In this document: in pieces, positions 55,274 to 64,000 of the stretch | How the letters are laid out: the number at the start of each line of letters is the position of its first letter | Position numbering within the stretch: position 1 is the stretch's first letter | Assembly: GCA_012522575.1 (NCBI GenBank) | Contig: JAAYKE010000049.1 | Coordinates: 2,445-66,444, forward strand | Length of the DNA: 64,000 bases | Direction of reading: 5' to 3' | Source: Armatimonadota bacterium | GTDB taxonomy: Bacteria > Armatimonadota > UBA5829 | Position numbers and translations under genes: made by a program | Notes under the pieces: generated by a model | Told to the model about the DNA's origin: nothing | Databases searched by the model: none | What the model saw: only the letters and a program-made list of their open reading frames with translations

Positions 55274-57010
55274 TCAATTTCCCTCTGCTATCTCCGCCTG
55301 CTCACTTTCGAACTGAGGCGGGCAGTTGGGCAACTCAAATATGAATGATGAGCCTTGGCCTTCCTCGCTTTCGACCCATATTTTGCCGCCGTGCGCCTCG
55401 ACGAGGTGTTTGACCAGATAAAGCCCGATTCCGGTTCCCCCTACCTTGCGGGTGTCACGGTTGTCGATGCGATGGAATCGGTCGAAGAGTTTTTCGATAT
55501 GCTCTTTAGGGATACCCATGCCCTGGTCGCTGACCGATATCCTGACTACTCCATCCTCCGGCTTGCCGGTGACGGTGATTATGCCGCCCTTGGGCGAGTA
55601 TTTTACGGCGTTGTTTGTCAGGTTGGTCAGTATCTGATCCACCTTGTCGTTATCGGCCACGATCGTCGGCAGGTTCGGGTCGAGGTCAATTTCAAATTCG
55701 TGCTTGTTGGTATATGACTTCTGCGCGGCGACGACTTTTTCGACCACCTCAGACAGATTGACCTGTCCCGGATTGAGATCCAGCGCCCTGCCCGCCTCGA
55801 TTCTCGACACGTTGAGCAAATCGCTTATCAGTCGCGTCAGCCTGTCGCATTCCTGATCGATAATAGTATAGAACTCGTGCACCGTATCGGCATCGTAGAA
55901 GCCGTCGACATCCTGCAGCAGGGTAGAGATGAAGCCTTTAATCGAGGTGAGCGGGGTGCGCAGTTCGTGTGATACCGTGGATACAAATGCGGTCTTCATT
56001 CGCTCGATGCTTCGTATTTCCGTGATGTCGTTGAAGATCGCAACAACGCCGATCACGCTCTGATCTTCTCCTCGAACAAGGGCGGTCTGAACCTGGTAGA
56101 TGCGCTCATTTTCGTCATCTCCGGGAACGGTCATTGAGATTTCTTCTTCGAGTTCGTCGGTTTCCTCCAGGGCTTTATTTATCAGCGCCTGGACTGCTTC
56201 ATTTTTGACGATTGATACATAGTCACCGGTGAGCCGCTCCCCTTGATCGACACCGAACATTGTGCGCGCAGAGGAGTTCATCTGCATAACTCTGCCGTTT
56301 TGGTGAACCATCACGATGCCGGCATATACGCTTTCAATAACGTGTTCGAGTTCTTCCTTTTCTTCGATGATCTCGCGATACATCTTCGCGCTCGCGACCA
56401 CCGAAGCTAGGTTATGGGCATATCTGCTGAGCAGATTGACGTCTTCCTGCACAAACACATTGCCGAGTCGCTGGTTGAAAACCCACAGCACCCCGATGAC
56501 TCTACGTTCGAGGACTTTGTTGGTATCCTCATCACGCTTTTCTACTATGAGCGGCACGCAGACTCCGTTGGTGATCTTCAGCAGGGCGACGTTTTCGCGT
56601 ATGGTGCGGGGATCGTTCAGCGCGTCGTAGAGTATGATCGGCTTCTGGTCGCGAAACACTTCACCGGAAATGCCTGCGGTTACGGGAACTCTGAACGCCT
56701 TTATCTCGGCATCGTTGAAGCCCAGGGCGGGCTTTGCCGCAACGAGGTCTCCATCGTCCTCATCATAGAGCATAAATACGCACTTCTCTCCCTGGAGAAG
56801 CATACTCGTGCGCACCATAAGGCGCTTGATCATTTCCTCGAGTTCGGAAAGCGAAGTCGCGCCAGGACCCTGTGACTCCGACTCCTTTATGCGCTCCTCA
56901 AGCCGTTTATTGGCCTGCTCCAGAGCAGAAACGGCCATTTCCTTTTCTGACAGGAGCTTTTCGAGTTCTGCAACTCTAATGTTAAGGGACTTGGGATCGG
57001 CGTCCAACAT
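55274..57010 (-). CDS. Sensor histidine kinase (coiled-coil, GAF, PAS, HisKA, HATPase_c)
   Basis: H-box 'VSHELRTPLTSIKGF'; N/G boxes 'LTNLTNNAVKYSP', 'DQGMGIP', 'GGTGIGLYLV'. Confidence 0.85.
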   Translation of the reverse strand: MLDADPKSLNIRVAELEKLLSEKEMAVSALEQANKRLEERIKESESQGPGATSLSELEEMIKRLMVRTSMLLQGEKCVFMLYDEDDGDLVAAKPALGFNDAEIKAFRVPVTAGISGEVFRDQKPIILYDALNDPRTIRENVALLKITNGVCVPLIVEKRDEDTNKVLERRVIGVLWVFNQRLGNVFVQEDVNLLSRYAHNLASVVASAKMYREIIEEKEELEHVIESVYAGIVMVHQNGRVMQMNSSARTMFGVDQGERLTGDYVSIVKNEAVQALINKALEETDELEEEISMTVPGDDENERIYQVQTALVRGEDQSVIGVVAIFNDITEIRSIERMKTAFVSTVSHELRTPLTSIKGFISTLLQDVDGFYDADTVHEFYTIIDQECDRLTRLISDLLNVSRIEAGRALDLNPGQVNLSEVVEKVVAAQKSYTNKHEFEIDLDPNLPTIVADNDKVDQILTNLTNNAVKYSPKGGIITVTGKPEDGVVRISVSDQGMGIPKEHIEKLFDRFHRIDNRDTRKVGGTGIGLYLVKHLVEAHGGKIWVESEEGQGSSFIFELPNCPPQFESEQAEIAEGN

Positions 57011-57299
57011 ATTACCTCGCTTAAATCATCCCGACGACTAAATAAAACGGCGCTCTCGCGCCTACGCCGGAAGCTAAAAACAAACCCATAAGGGCCGGTT
57101 TCACCAATCGAATTATATCACGGAGCAATCTCATGGTCAAACTGATCGACAACCCGAAAAGACATCGAGCGTAAGCCGCAATTTCTGACCTATTGCTACC
57201 AAATCGCACAAAACAGCAGCTATCTCCCCATATCAGCAGCTTTAGCCTAAATCTTCAGCCTGCACTCACGCAATTAACGTAATTTGCCGATACTAATGC

Positions 57300-59222
57300 A
57301 TGACAGTTATTGGAGATGGAGATATGGAGGAAAATATGATCATTCGGCCCCAGGGAGCGACCGACCAGCACGTGCCCTACGCTGCAGGGCGTTTCACAGA
57401 CGGGGACGCGTTCGCTATTAACCAGATAGGAGCGGCAAGTCCGTTCGGCGGGCTGTTGTGCAGCATAGGCTCGGACTACTCCGTGGACCTTATGCCCGAC
57501 GGCTCAGGGTGCAGCCAGTTTGCCGGCAGGGAGTTGACCCACTCATCACGCCTGAGCAAAGCCTGGTATATTCGCGACAAGGAAAGCGGCGAACAATGGA
57601 GTATTTTCTTCAGTCCTATGGGCAAGCGCAGTGACGAATATGAGGTGACTTTCGAGCCGGGACAGGCAAGCGTCTACGCTCTGAAACATAAGATAGCATC
57701 TACATTGACCATCGCCACCGTGCCTAATATGCCCTGTGAAGTGTGGCATTTAGTTCTCGAAAATCGCTCGGCGACGACCCGAACCCTTGAGTTTACGACC
57801 TATATAGAACCTCGTGCTGATTCGTTGATGGAGGCGGCCTTTCATCCAAACGATAACGTGCTGCTGATGCGGCGTCCTCTCAGCGCAGTAGATGTCATTC
57901 ATGACGAGGGACTGGTCAACGATCTGGTGCTGTTCCATTCCTGCACTCTGGCTCCGGTTCGGATGGCCATAGAAAAGAACGAATTTATCGGGGACGGCCG
58001 CAGTCTGGCCAACCCCATTCATATTGAAGACAATAACAAAAACTCTGAAAACGGAAACGTGCGCAAGCTGATAGCCGCGTTGACAATAGAGGTCGAACTG
58101 CCGGTAGAGGGCGCGGCTGAGTGCGGTTTCAGCTTCGGAGTAGCTCCAAATCCGGAATCTGCAATGCGCGTCGCTCGCAACCTGAATAAATCGGAGGCTG
58201 TCCGAGAGGCGATACAATTATCCCGGCAATGCTGGAGAGACCTGTCCGCCACGGTGCAGGTAAGCACCTCGGATCGTGTTTTCGATGCGCTGGTAAATAC
58301 GTGGCTGCCTTATGAGACCTATTCAGGCTGGATTCGACAGCGTAACTCTCCGGGCAACCTCGACCCGTCACAGGTAGCCGACATTTTGCGGTGTCTGCAT
58401 TCATTATCGGCAACCGCCGCACACATCATACGCCCTGCTCTATTGAGCTTTGCGGCGGGACTGTCTTTGCTGGGGTCCTATTCCCCGGACGAACGATCCA
58501 TAGTCAGCATACCGCCAACCGAACTTCTCTGGCTGGTAATCGGCACTGCAAGATATGTCGCCGAGACAGGGGACAGCAGCATTCTCGCCGAAAGCATTGC
58601 ACTTCGTGACGGCCCTGCAATGCCGCTTTACGAACACTGTGAGCGCATCATCAGGATGGCTCTGGACACCAAGGCCGCTGATTCAAACTTCGGCGATGAC
58701 AGATTGCTTGCCGAGACGATTCGGTCGTGGTCGCTGATCCAGGCGGGAGCTGCCGACCCTGCGAAAATGCTTGAGACTCTGCAGCGCAGGAATCTGGACA
58801 GGGAAGACGTCTCCGAACGACGCTCACTGCCAAGGCGAATAAAGTATCTTCAATCGATCACCCCTGCGCTGGCGGATAAAGTGATCATCGACGATCTGAT
58901 CGACTTTCTTGGCAGCGACCATCTCGGAACCGGGGATGTAGATGCCCTTAACGCGCTATATAGCGTGCTCGTTGAGTGGACACTCGGCCTGAGCGCCACC
59001 AGAGAAGGGCTGCTGTTGCATCCAAGGCTGCCGGATTCGTGGATAGAATGCGAAATCGAGCGCATTTTCCGCGGCGATACATATAAAATCGTAATGCGTC
59101 GCAACATAGTGGAGCCGGGCTGCGGGTCTTCTATGATCGTGGACGGGGAGCCGGTGCTGGGATATATGCTGCCGTTTTTTGGCGATGGCGGCGTCCATAA
59201 TGTCGAGGTCACGGTTGGCTAA
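57300..59222 (+). CDS. Hypothetical protein (possible six-hairpin glycosidase-like fold)
   Basis: 640-aa ORF with a plausible start and no recognisable short motif; the glycosidase idea is only by size/composition analogy. Confidence 0.3.
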   Translation: MTVIGDGDMEENMIIRPQGATDQHVPYAAGRFTDGDAFAINQIGAASPFGGLLCSIGSDYSVDLMPDGSGCSQFAGRELTHSSRLSKAWYIRDKESGEQWSIFFSPMGKRSDEYEVTFEPGQASVYALKHKIASTLTIATVPNMPCEVWHLVLENRSATTRTLEFTTYIEPRADSLMEAAFHPNDNVLLMRRPLSAVDVIHDEGLVNDLVLFHSCTLAPVRMAIEKNEFIGDGRSLANPIHIEDNNKNSENGNVRKLIAALTIEVELPVEGAAECGFSFGVAPNPESAMRVARNLNKSEAVREAIQLSRQCWRDLSATVQVSTSDRVFDALVNTWLPYETYSGWIRQRNSPGNLDPSQVADILRCLHSLSATAAHIIRPALLSFAAGLSLLGSYSPDERSIVSIPPTELLWLVIGTARYVAETGDSSILAESIALRDGPAMPLYEHCERIIRMALDTKAADSNFGDDRLLAETIRSWSLIQAGAADPAKMLETLQRRNLDREDVSERRSLPRRIKYLQSITPALADKVIIDDLIDFLGSDHLGTGDVDALNALYSVLVEWTLGLSATREGLLLHPRLPDSWIECEIERIFRGDTYKIVMRRNIVEPGCGSSMIVDGEPVLGYMLPFFGDGGVHNVEVTVG

Positions 59223-59229
59223 GGTTAAA

Positions 59230-59508
59230 TCAGCCGCCAATTCGCGCCCGAACCTCAGCGTCGGACAGCCCGATGATTCTGAGGGTCTTTTCTCGACTTT
59301 TATCCCCGGAGACAAGCTCGACCTGGGACTTACGCACGCCGAGCTTATCGGCGACGAATTTGACGATAGCAGCATTGGCAGCGCCTTCGACGGGGGGTGC
59401 GGTGATCTTGATGCACAGAGCATCTCCGCGCCACCCGGTTACCTCGTTTCGGGAACCGCGGGGGATAACGTGCAGCTTAAGAAGAGCTTTGGGGAGTTGC
59501 GCTACCAT
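59230..59508 (-). CDS. DUF167 (YggU) family protein
   Basis: '[32 protein letters not shown]' is typical of DUF167. Confidence 0.6.
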   Translation of the reverse strand: MVAQLPKALLKLHVIPRGSRNEVTGWRGDALCIKITAPPVEGAANAAIVKFVADKLGVRKSQVELVSGDKSREKTLRIIGLSDAEVRARIGG

Positions 59509-59891
59509 CTGATCAGGCGCTCGTGGGCTTTGTCGATGTTAAGTATTGGCCGGCGCGCCTGAAAATCGATGAACAGATCGCCCTGATAGGTAAGCACGCC
59601 ATCGGCGCCACCCTCCGTCCAATCCCATACCTCGTCCGGCACGTCGTATTCTCGCTCAACGCCGTCCTCGCATTCGAAGACTATCAGTTTTCTGATCGTC
59701 TCAGTCTGCCAGCTTAGGGAGTGGAACCCCTGCTCCCCTATTTTTCTCTTGATGACGGCGTTGACACTGGTCTTAGCCTGGCGTTTGCTCTTGAAATACG
59801 GCCCAAGGCCCCTTCTGATGATGTAAAACAATACTCCCCACATCGCGATGACGTAGATCGAGAGGAGTATGACTATCAGCCATCTAACCAT
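59502..59891 (-). CDS. Small membrane protein (DUF2500-like)
   Basis: N-terminal TM helix '[22 protein letters not shown]', followed by a ~100-aa soluble domain. Confidence 0.4.
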   Translation of the reverse strand: MVRWLIVILLSIYVIAMWGVLFYIIRRGLGPYFKSKRQAKTSVNAVIKRKIGEQGFHSLSWQTETIRKLIVFECEDGVEREYDVPDEVWDWTEGGADGVLTYQGDLFIDFQARRPILNIDKAHERLIRW

Positions 59892-60969
59892 CTATGTTTA
59901 CACCCATAATTTTGTATCCGTTAGCGGGCAATTCAATTTCGACTCCGGCGGGTGACGCAGCATCAATTTTGGCTCCGCTCTCCATATTCGTCCAGTCAGA
60001 CAGTGCAATTTGGCCGGAAGAGGCGAACAGCGGGTCGGTTAGAGGCAATTTTACCTTCGCATCAGCATCGGATGGGTTGAAAATAAATATGAACCCTTTT
60101 CCATCGACTGCCCGCGCCTCCATATCGATTCCTGCAGAGTTATCATAGGGCAGATTTCGGCACACAGCGAAATAATTTGCAAATCTTTTCTGCAGCGCGG
60201 CCAATTTAGAATCTCTGGCCAGCGCCGGGAACCTTGTATCCATCAACATCCGCCTGTATGCCGCGAACATCTCTTCCGGTTTGCCCGATACTGCTCCGAG
60301 AGTGAATCTTGCGGTCTGGTATCCTTTTTCGACGGGCACATCTACGGTTTCATAGACGGTCAAGCTTTGATTTCTACCGGGCGTTATCGTTTTCGACGGC
60401 AAATCCCAGCACAGACCCCTGTTGGTTTTTGGATCGATAAGCGCAAAACTTGACTTTGTTTCGTTGACAAATTCGAGGCCGTCTGGGGCGATCGGAACCG
60501 CGGTGTTCTTGATGCGGATTGATTCTATGGTGATGCGTTTTAATACCGCGTCCTTGGCTTTGTTGCACGGCAAAATTACGATGGATTTCTGCTGAAATGA
60601 ACCGCGCTCCTCGCGGAAGTAGTCGATATACATTCGCAGAGGCAGATCGGAACGGCGGCAGTTAAGCTCGATGCTGGTGCATATTTCCCGATCCTTGGTG
60701 ACCGTGTTGGCGCCTTTTATATTGAAATCTGAAGGAACCAGCGTTATGGCTTCATCTTTATAATCGAGATCGATCATAAACTCCACGCTCGGCTGGGCAA
60801 GCATCTCGGATCCGGCGACCACGATTTCCGTCGTTTTGATTATATTGTTTACGTAGGACAAGGTGCGCGAGAACCCGAGGTTTGTGATCTTGATATGCTC
60901 GACTTTTGCCGCATCCGCGCCAGTGGAGATCGCTATAAGCAACCCTATCGCAATATATATCACCCGCAT
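59884..60969 (-). CDS. Secreted hypothetical protein
   Basis: Signal peptide 'MRVIYIAIGLLIAISTGADA'; no recognisable motif. Confidence 0.4.
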   Translation of the reverse strand: MRVIYIAIGLLIAISTGADAAKVEHIKITNLGFSRTLSYVNNIIKTTEIVVAGSEMLAQPSVEFMIDLDYKDEAITLVPSDFNIKGANTVTKDREICTSIELNCRRSDLPLRMYIDYFREERGSFQQKSIVILPCNKAKDAVLKRITIESIRIKNTAVPIAPDGLEFVNETKSSFALIDPKTNRGLCWDLPSKTITPGRNQSLTVYETVDVPVEKGYQTARFTLGAVSGKPEEMFAAYRRMLMDTRFPALARDSKLAALQKRFANYFAVCRNLPYDNSAGIDMEARAVDGKGFIFIFNPSDADAKVKLPLTDPLFASSGQIALSDWTNMESGAKIDAASPAGVEIELPANGYKIMGVNIDG

Positions 60970-61046
60970 TTCATACCTCCTGACTTATGGTATCACACGC
61001 CCTGCTTCCCGGCAATTGTTCTTATGCTTTGCCTGCTATCCGGCAG

Positions 61047-61348
61047 GTAACAGCTCACGAATGATGAGTACTCCTGTCCGTAGTGTCCGATCTCCGTCTC
61101 GGACTAGGCCGTTTGGAGGTTAGAAGTTGGAAGTTAGAGGTTAGAAGGTTTATTGAGAGGGTTCGAGTAGCCTCCAAATTTTGTCATTCCGAGGCAAATG
61201 CCGAGGAATCTGCTTTTTTCCGGGTTTCGTTTCTTTCGAGCTTTCGCGATTTACGAAACGGTATCTAACTTCGTTCGAAATGACATAGTTAATGTGGCCG
61301 GGACAGAGGCACGGCCACTACAATAACTCACGAAGAGTGAGTTGTTAT
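61047..61348. repeat. MITE-like repeat, full-length copy (copy D), same orientation as copy A
   Basis: 5' 'GTAACAGCTCACGAATGATGAGTACTCCTGTCCGTAGTGTCCGATCTCC', 3' 'ACTCACGAAGAGTGAGTTGTTAT'; it contains the 'GGAGGTTAGAAGTTGGAAGTTAGAGGTTAGAAGG' short tandem repeat and the 'GTCATTCCGAGGCAAATGCCGAGGAATCTGC' module. Confidence 0.65.
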
Positions 61349-61424
61349 TCCCGGCAGCAATATTTTGACCGTGCGGCGCGAAAGTGGTAGACTATAGATG
61401 ATGCCGGTCGGCCAACTGGTCGAC

Positions 61425-61525
61425 GCAACTGGCCCGCTGGGGGTGCTCCGGAGAATATACGGGGCTGAGAAGCTCGAATGAGCTAACCCTTTGAACCTGC
61501 GTATAGAGAATGCAGAGCGTTTTCG
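61425..61525 (+). promoter_or_regulatory. TPP (THI-box) riboswitch upstream of thiE-thiC-thiL
   Basis: 'CTGGGGGTGC....GGGGCTGAGA......ACCCTTTGAACCTG.......AATGCAGAGCG' matches the THI-element conserved blocks (GGGGUGC / GCUGAGA / ACCC..ACCUG / AAUGC.AGCG). Confidence 0.75.
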
Positions 61526-61643
61526 TCCCTCCGTGGCATATCCACGGACCTGCAGGGAAGCGGAGAGGGTGCTTTTAGGCCGTGAGTCCCCGTCTCCGGA
61601 GGATTTGCGGCTTTTGTTATTTTTGGAGCCGGATTGAACTGTT

Positions 61644-62273
61644 ATGATTGAAGGGTTATACATAATAACAGACGAGGAACTGCATCCCGGCAGGACGCAT
61701 TTGATGATCGCGGAAGCTGCGATCGCAGGCGGAGCCGGATTGATTCAGATTCGAGACAAACACGCCTCCGACCGAGACCTATATGAGGCGGCAATGGCTG
61801 TTCGCGAGGCGTGCACTCGAGCAGGTGCGCTGCTTTTTGTAAACGATCGAGTGCATATTGCCGCTGCGGTCGGGGCTGATGGGGTAAATATAGGCCAGAG
61901 TGACCTGCCTGTTGCGGCAGTCAGAACGATACTGGGTAAGAATGCCGTCATAGGAGTCTCTTGCGATTGCCTTAAGCAGGCTCTGCAAGCTGAAAAGGAC
62001 GGTGCGGACTACATCGGGTATGGCCCTGTTTTTCCTACCTCGACCAAGCTCGATGCAGGGCCAGTGTCCGGCTTGGAGACGCTCAGAAAAGTATGTGATT
62101 CGGTTAACATTCCGGTGGTAGCGATTGGCGGAATCAATGCGGACAATATCGATCAGGTCGCAGCCGCGGGCGCACAATGCGCGGCAGTGATCTCTGCAAT
62201 CGTATGCGCTGACGATATGAAACAAGCGACTATCGAATTAATAAGGAGGTATGGGACCAAACGACAGGCGTAA
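61644..62273 (+). CDS. thiE: Thiamine-phosphate synthase
   Basis: 'GLYIITD', 'LIQIRDK', 'LFVNDRVHIAAAVGADGVNIGQSDLP', 'VAIGGIN' ThiE blocks. Confidence 0.85.
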   Translation: MIEGLYIITDEELHPGRTHLMIAEAAIAGGAGLIQIRDKHASDRDLYEAAMAVREACTRAGALLFVNDRVHIAAAVGADGVNIGQSDLPVAAVRTILGKNAVIGVSCDCLKQALQAEKDGADYIGYGPVFPTSTKLDAGPVSGLETLRKVCDSVNIPVVAIGGINADNIDQVAAAGAQCAAVISAIVCADDMKQATIELIRRYGTKRQA

Positions 62274-62295
62274 AGCAACTGTCCGTTGATCCCTG

Positions 62296-63597
62296 TTGCC
62301 TGAAATGACACAGTTGGAAGCCGCCCGCAAGGGCAGAATAACTGAGGAGATGGAGCGGGTCGCTCAGAGCGAAAACGTCAACATCGATGTGCTGGTCAAA
62401 CACGTCGCAGCCGGCAGCGTGGTGATTCCGAAAAATGTGAACCGCGACCTGAAGCGCGTCGAGGCCGTCGGGTTGGGGTTGCGCACAAAGGTCAACGCCA
62501 ATATCGGCACATCCGCAACGTTTCCGGATATAAAAGATGAACTGGCGAAACTGCAGGCCGCCCTCGATGCAGGCGCGGATGCCGTGATGGACCTATCGAC
62601 CGGCGGCAATTTGACCGATATTCGCAAGGCCATATTGGAGAACTGCGATGTGGCTCTGGGGACCGTGCCTATCTATGAATGCGCGGTCGATGTGGTCGGG
62701 GAGCACGGCGGGATAGTCAAAATAACCGGCGATGACCTGATGGGCACTATCGAGCGACAGGCCAGGCAGGGAATTGACTTTATGACGCTGCACTGCGGCG
62801 TCACGCTGGAGAGCATATCCCGTATGCGTGATCAGGGCAGATTGATGGACGTCACCAGCAGAGGCGGAGCTTTTCTGGTCAACTGGATTTTGGCCAATGG
62901 AAAAGAGAACCCGCTGTATGAACGGTATGACGACGTATTGGCGATCGCCAGAAAATATGATATCACCCTCAGCCTTGGGGATGGTTTCAGGCCGGGATGC
63001 CTGGCGGACGCGACCGACCGAGCGCAGGTTCAAGAGCTTATAATCCTTGGTGAACTGGTGAAGCGCGCCAGGGAAGCCGGCGTGCAGGCGATGGTCGAAG
63101 GGCCGGGACATGTGCCTCTTAACCAGATTGCCGCTAATATGCAGATTCAGAAAAGTCTGTGCGAGGGCGCGCCGTTTTATGTGCTTGGGCCGCTGGTGAC
63201 GGATGTGGCCCCGGGTTATGATCATATAACCTCGGCTATTGGCGGCGCGATAGCAGCGATGAATGGCGCGGATTTTATCTGCTATGTCACTCCGAGCGAA
63301 CACCTCGGCCTGCCCACTGTGCAAGACGTTAAAGAAGGCGTCATCGCCGCAAGAATCGCCGGACACGCTGCCGATATTGTAAAGGGTTTGCCCGGAGCGG
63401 CCGAGTGGGACAGACAGATGGCGATCGCCCGCAAGGATCGAGACTGGGAAAAACAACTTGAACTGGCCATCGACCCGGTTAAGGCTCGCGAAGTCTATAA
63501 TAAGCGATCCGGCGATGTTGACGAAGTTTGCTCAATGTGCGGTGAGTTGTGCGCGATGAAAGTTGTTGAAGAATACCTGGGCAAAACGAAGATTTGA
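62296..63597 (+). CDS. thiC: Phosphomethylpyrimidine synthase
   Basis: Short-form ThiC: 'DLSTGGN', 'TVPIYE', 'MTLHCGVT', C-terminal 'CSMCGELCAMK' Fe-S motif (CxxCxxxxC). Confidence 0.9.
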   Translation: MPEMTQLEAARKGRITEEMERVAQSENVNIDVLVKHVAAGSVVIPKNVNRDLKRVEAVGLGLRTKVNANIGTSATFPDIKDELAKLQAALDAGADAVMDLSTGGNLTDIRKAILENCDVALGTVPIYECAVDVVGEHGGIVKITGDDLMGTIERQARQGIDFMTLHCGVTLESISRMRDQGRLMDVTSRGGAFLVNWILANGKENPLYERYDDVLAIARKYDITLSLGDGFRPGCLADATDRAQVQELIILGELVKRAREAGVQAMVEGPGHVPLNQIAANMQIQKSLCEGAPFYVLGPLVTDVAPGYDHITSAIGGAIAAMNGADFICYVTPSEHLGLPTVQDVKEGVIAARIAGHAADIVKGLPGAAEWDRQMAIARKDRDWEKQLELAIDPVKAREVYNKRSGDVDEVCSMCGELCAMKVVEEYLGKTKI

Positions 63598-63631
63598 TAA
63601 GCTACAGGCAAAATGTGAGGCATTGCTGGCA

Positions 63632-64000
63632 GTGAAGATTTCCGAAGCGGGCGGCGAGAGAGCCATCATAAAGCTGATTCGGGATCAATTCGGCTCCCCG
63701 GCAGAGGGCGACCTCGCGCTAGGCATCGGGGACGACGCTGCACTGATTCGATCGGGAGATATGTTTCTGATCGTCACCACCGATATGCTTCTCGAAAACA
63801 CCCATTTTCGCATGGAGCTTATCGACGGATATCAGTTGGGCTGGAAAAGCGCGGCGGTAAACATATCGGACGTTGCGGCTATGGGAGGGACGCCGACTTA
63901 CTCATTTGTCAGCATCGGCCTGCCGGATATAGAAATCGGCGTCGTCGAATCCATCTATGAGGGCATAAGGGATGTCTCGGCGAAATATGGCAGCGTGCTG
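63632..64000 (+). CDS. thiL: Thiamine-monophosphate kinase (5' part; continues beyond the window)
   Basis: 'GERAIIKLI....GIGDDAALI......LIVTTDMLLENTHF....GWKSAAVNISDVAAMGG' AIR-synthase-related ThiL N-terminal domain; GTG/TTG start near 63623-63632. Confidence 0.7.
   Translation, partial: MKISEAGGERAIIKLIRDQFGSPAEGDLALGIGDDAALIRSGDMFLIVTTDMLLENTHFRMELIDGYQLGWKSAAVNISDVAAMGGTPTYSFVSIGLPDIEIGVVESIYEGIRDVSAKYGSVL

Noticed and set aside
62593-63456. 287-aa antisense ORF opposite thiC
   Set aside because: thiC is unambiguous and this is a shadow ORF.

Overview
This 64 kb window reads as a chromosomal segment from a Gram-negative bacterium with fairly high GC. A DUF1559 'H-X9-DG'-type prepilin, a DUF4838 protein and a heparinase II/III-like protein suggest a Planctomycetota/Verrucomicrobiota-like (PVC) or similar lineage. 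This taxonomic call is inference only. Most of the window is housekeeping genes mixed with secreted carbohydrate-active enzymes.

Housekeeping content: metG, a frameshifted class-I aminotransferase with an Lrp-type regulator, mnmG-rsmG, rfbD, the ileS-lspA-lgt block, holA, rluD, two tRNAs (Arg-CCG and Pro-TGG), and a TPP riboswitch ahead of thiE-thiC-thiL.

Carbohydrate-active content: GH3, a NAGPA-like phosphodiester glycosidase, GH43-like, a CBM9-like giant protein, GH94 phosphorylase, heparinase II/III, a DUF4838 protein and a GH20-like giant protein.

Two things stand out.

1. A contiguous ~9.4 kb same-strand cassette at 40724-50102 encodes a complete ubiquitin-like conjugation toolkit:
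- two E2/UBC-like proteins with HPN...C motifs;
- a short beta-grasp Ubl ending in Ala-Gly-stop;
- a ThiF/E1 with a C-terminal CxxC zinc module;
- two JAB/JAMM proteases (HxHx7Sx2D), one of them fused to TM and LysM;
- three tandem paralogous PHD/RING-like zinc-finger membrane proteins, which are candidate E3s;
- a membrane-anchored trypsin-like protease;
- a glycine-zipper/FHA membrane protein;
- a zinc-finger gene fragment;
- a lipoprotein.
The cassette sits between lgt and tRNA-Pro. Several of its proteins share a short acidic motif, 'DDLEIE(L/F)K' or 'DDLGIELI', at their termini.

2. A family of MITE-like intergenic repeats with roughly 12-bp terminal inverted repeats 'GTAACAGCTCAC' has at least five copies of modular length (107 to about 300 bp). 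Two of them bracket the 1024-aa GH20-like gene.

All calls rest on reading motifs in the supplied translations. No database search was run.
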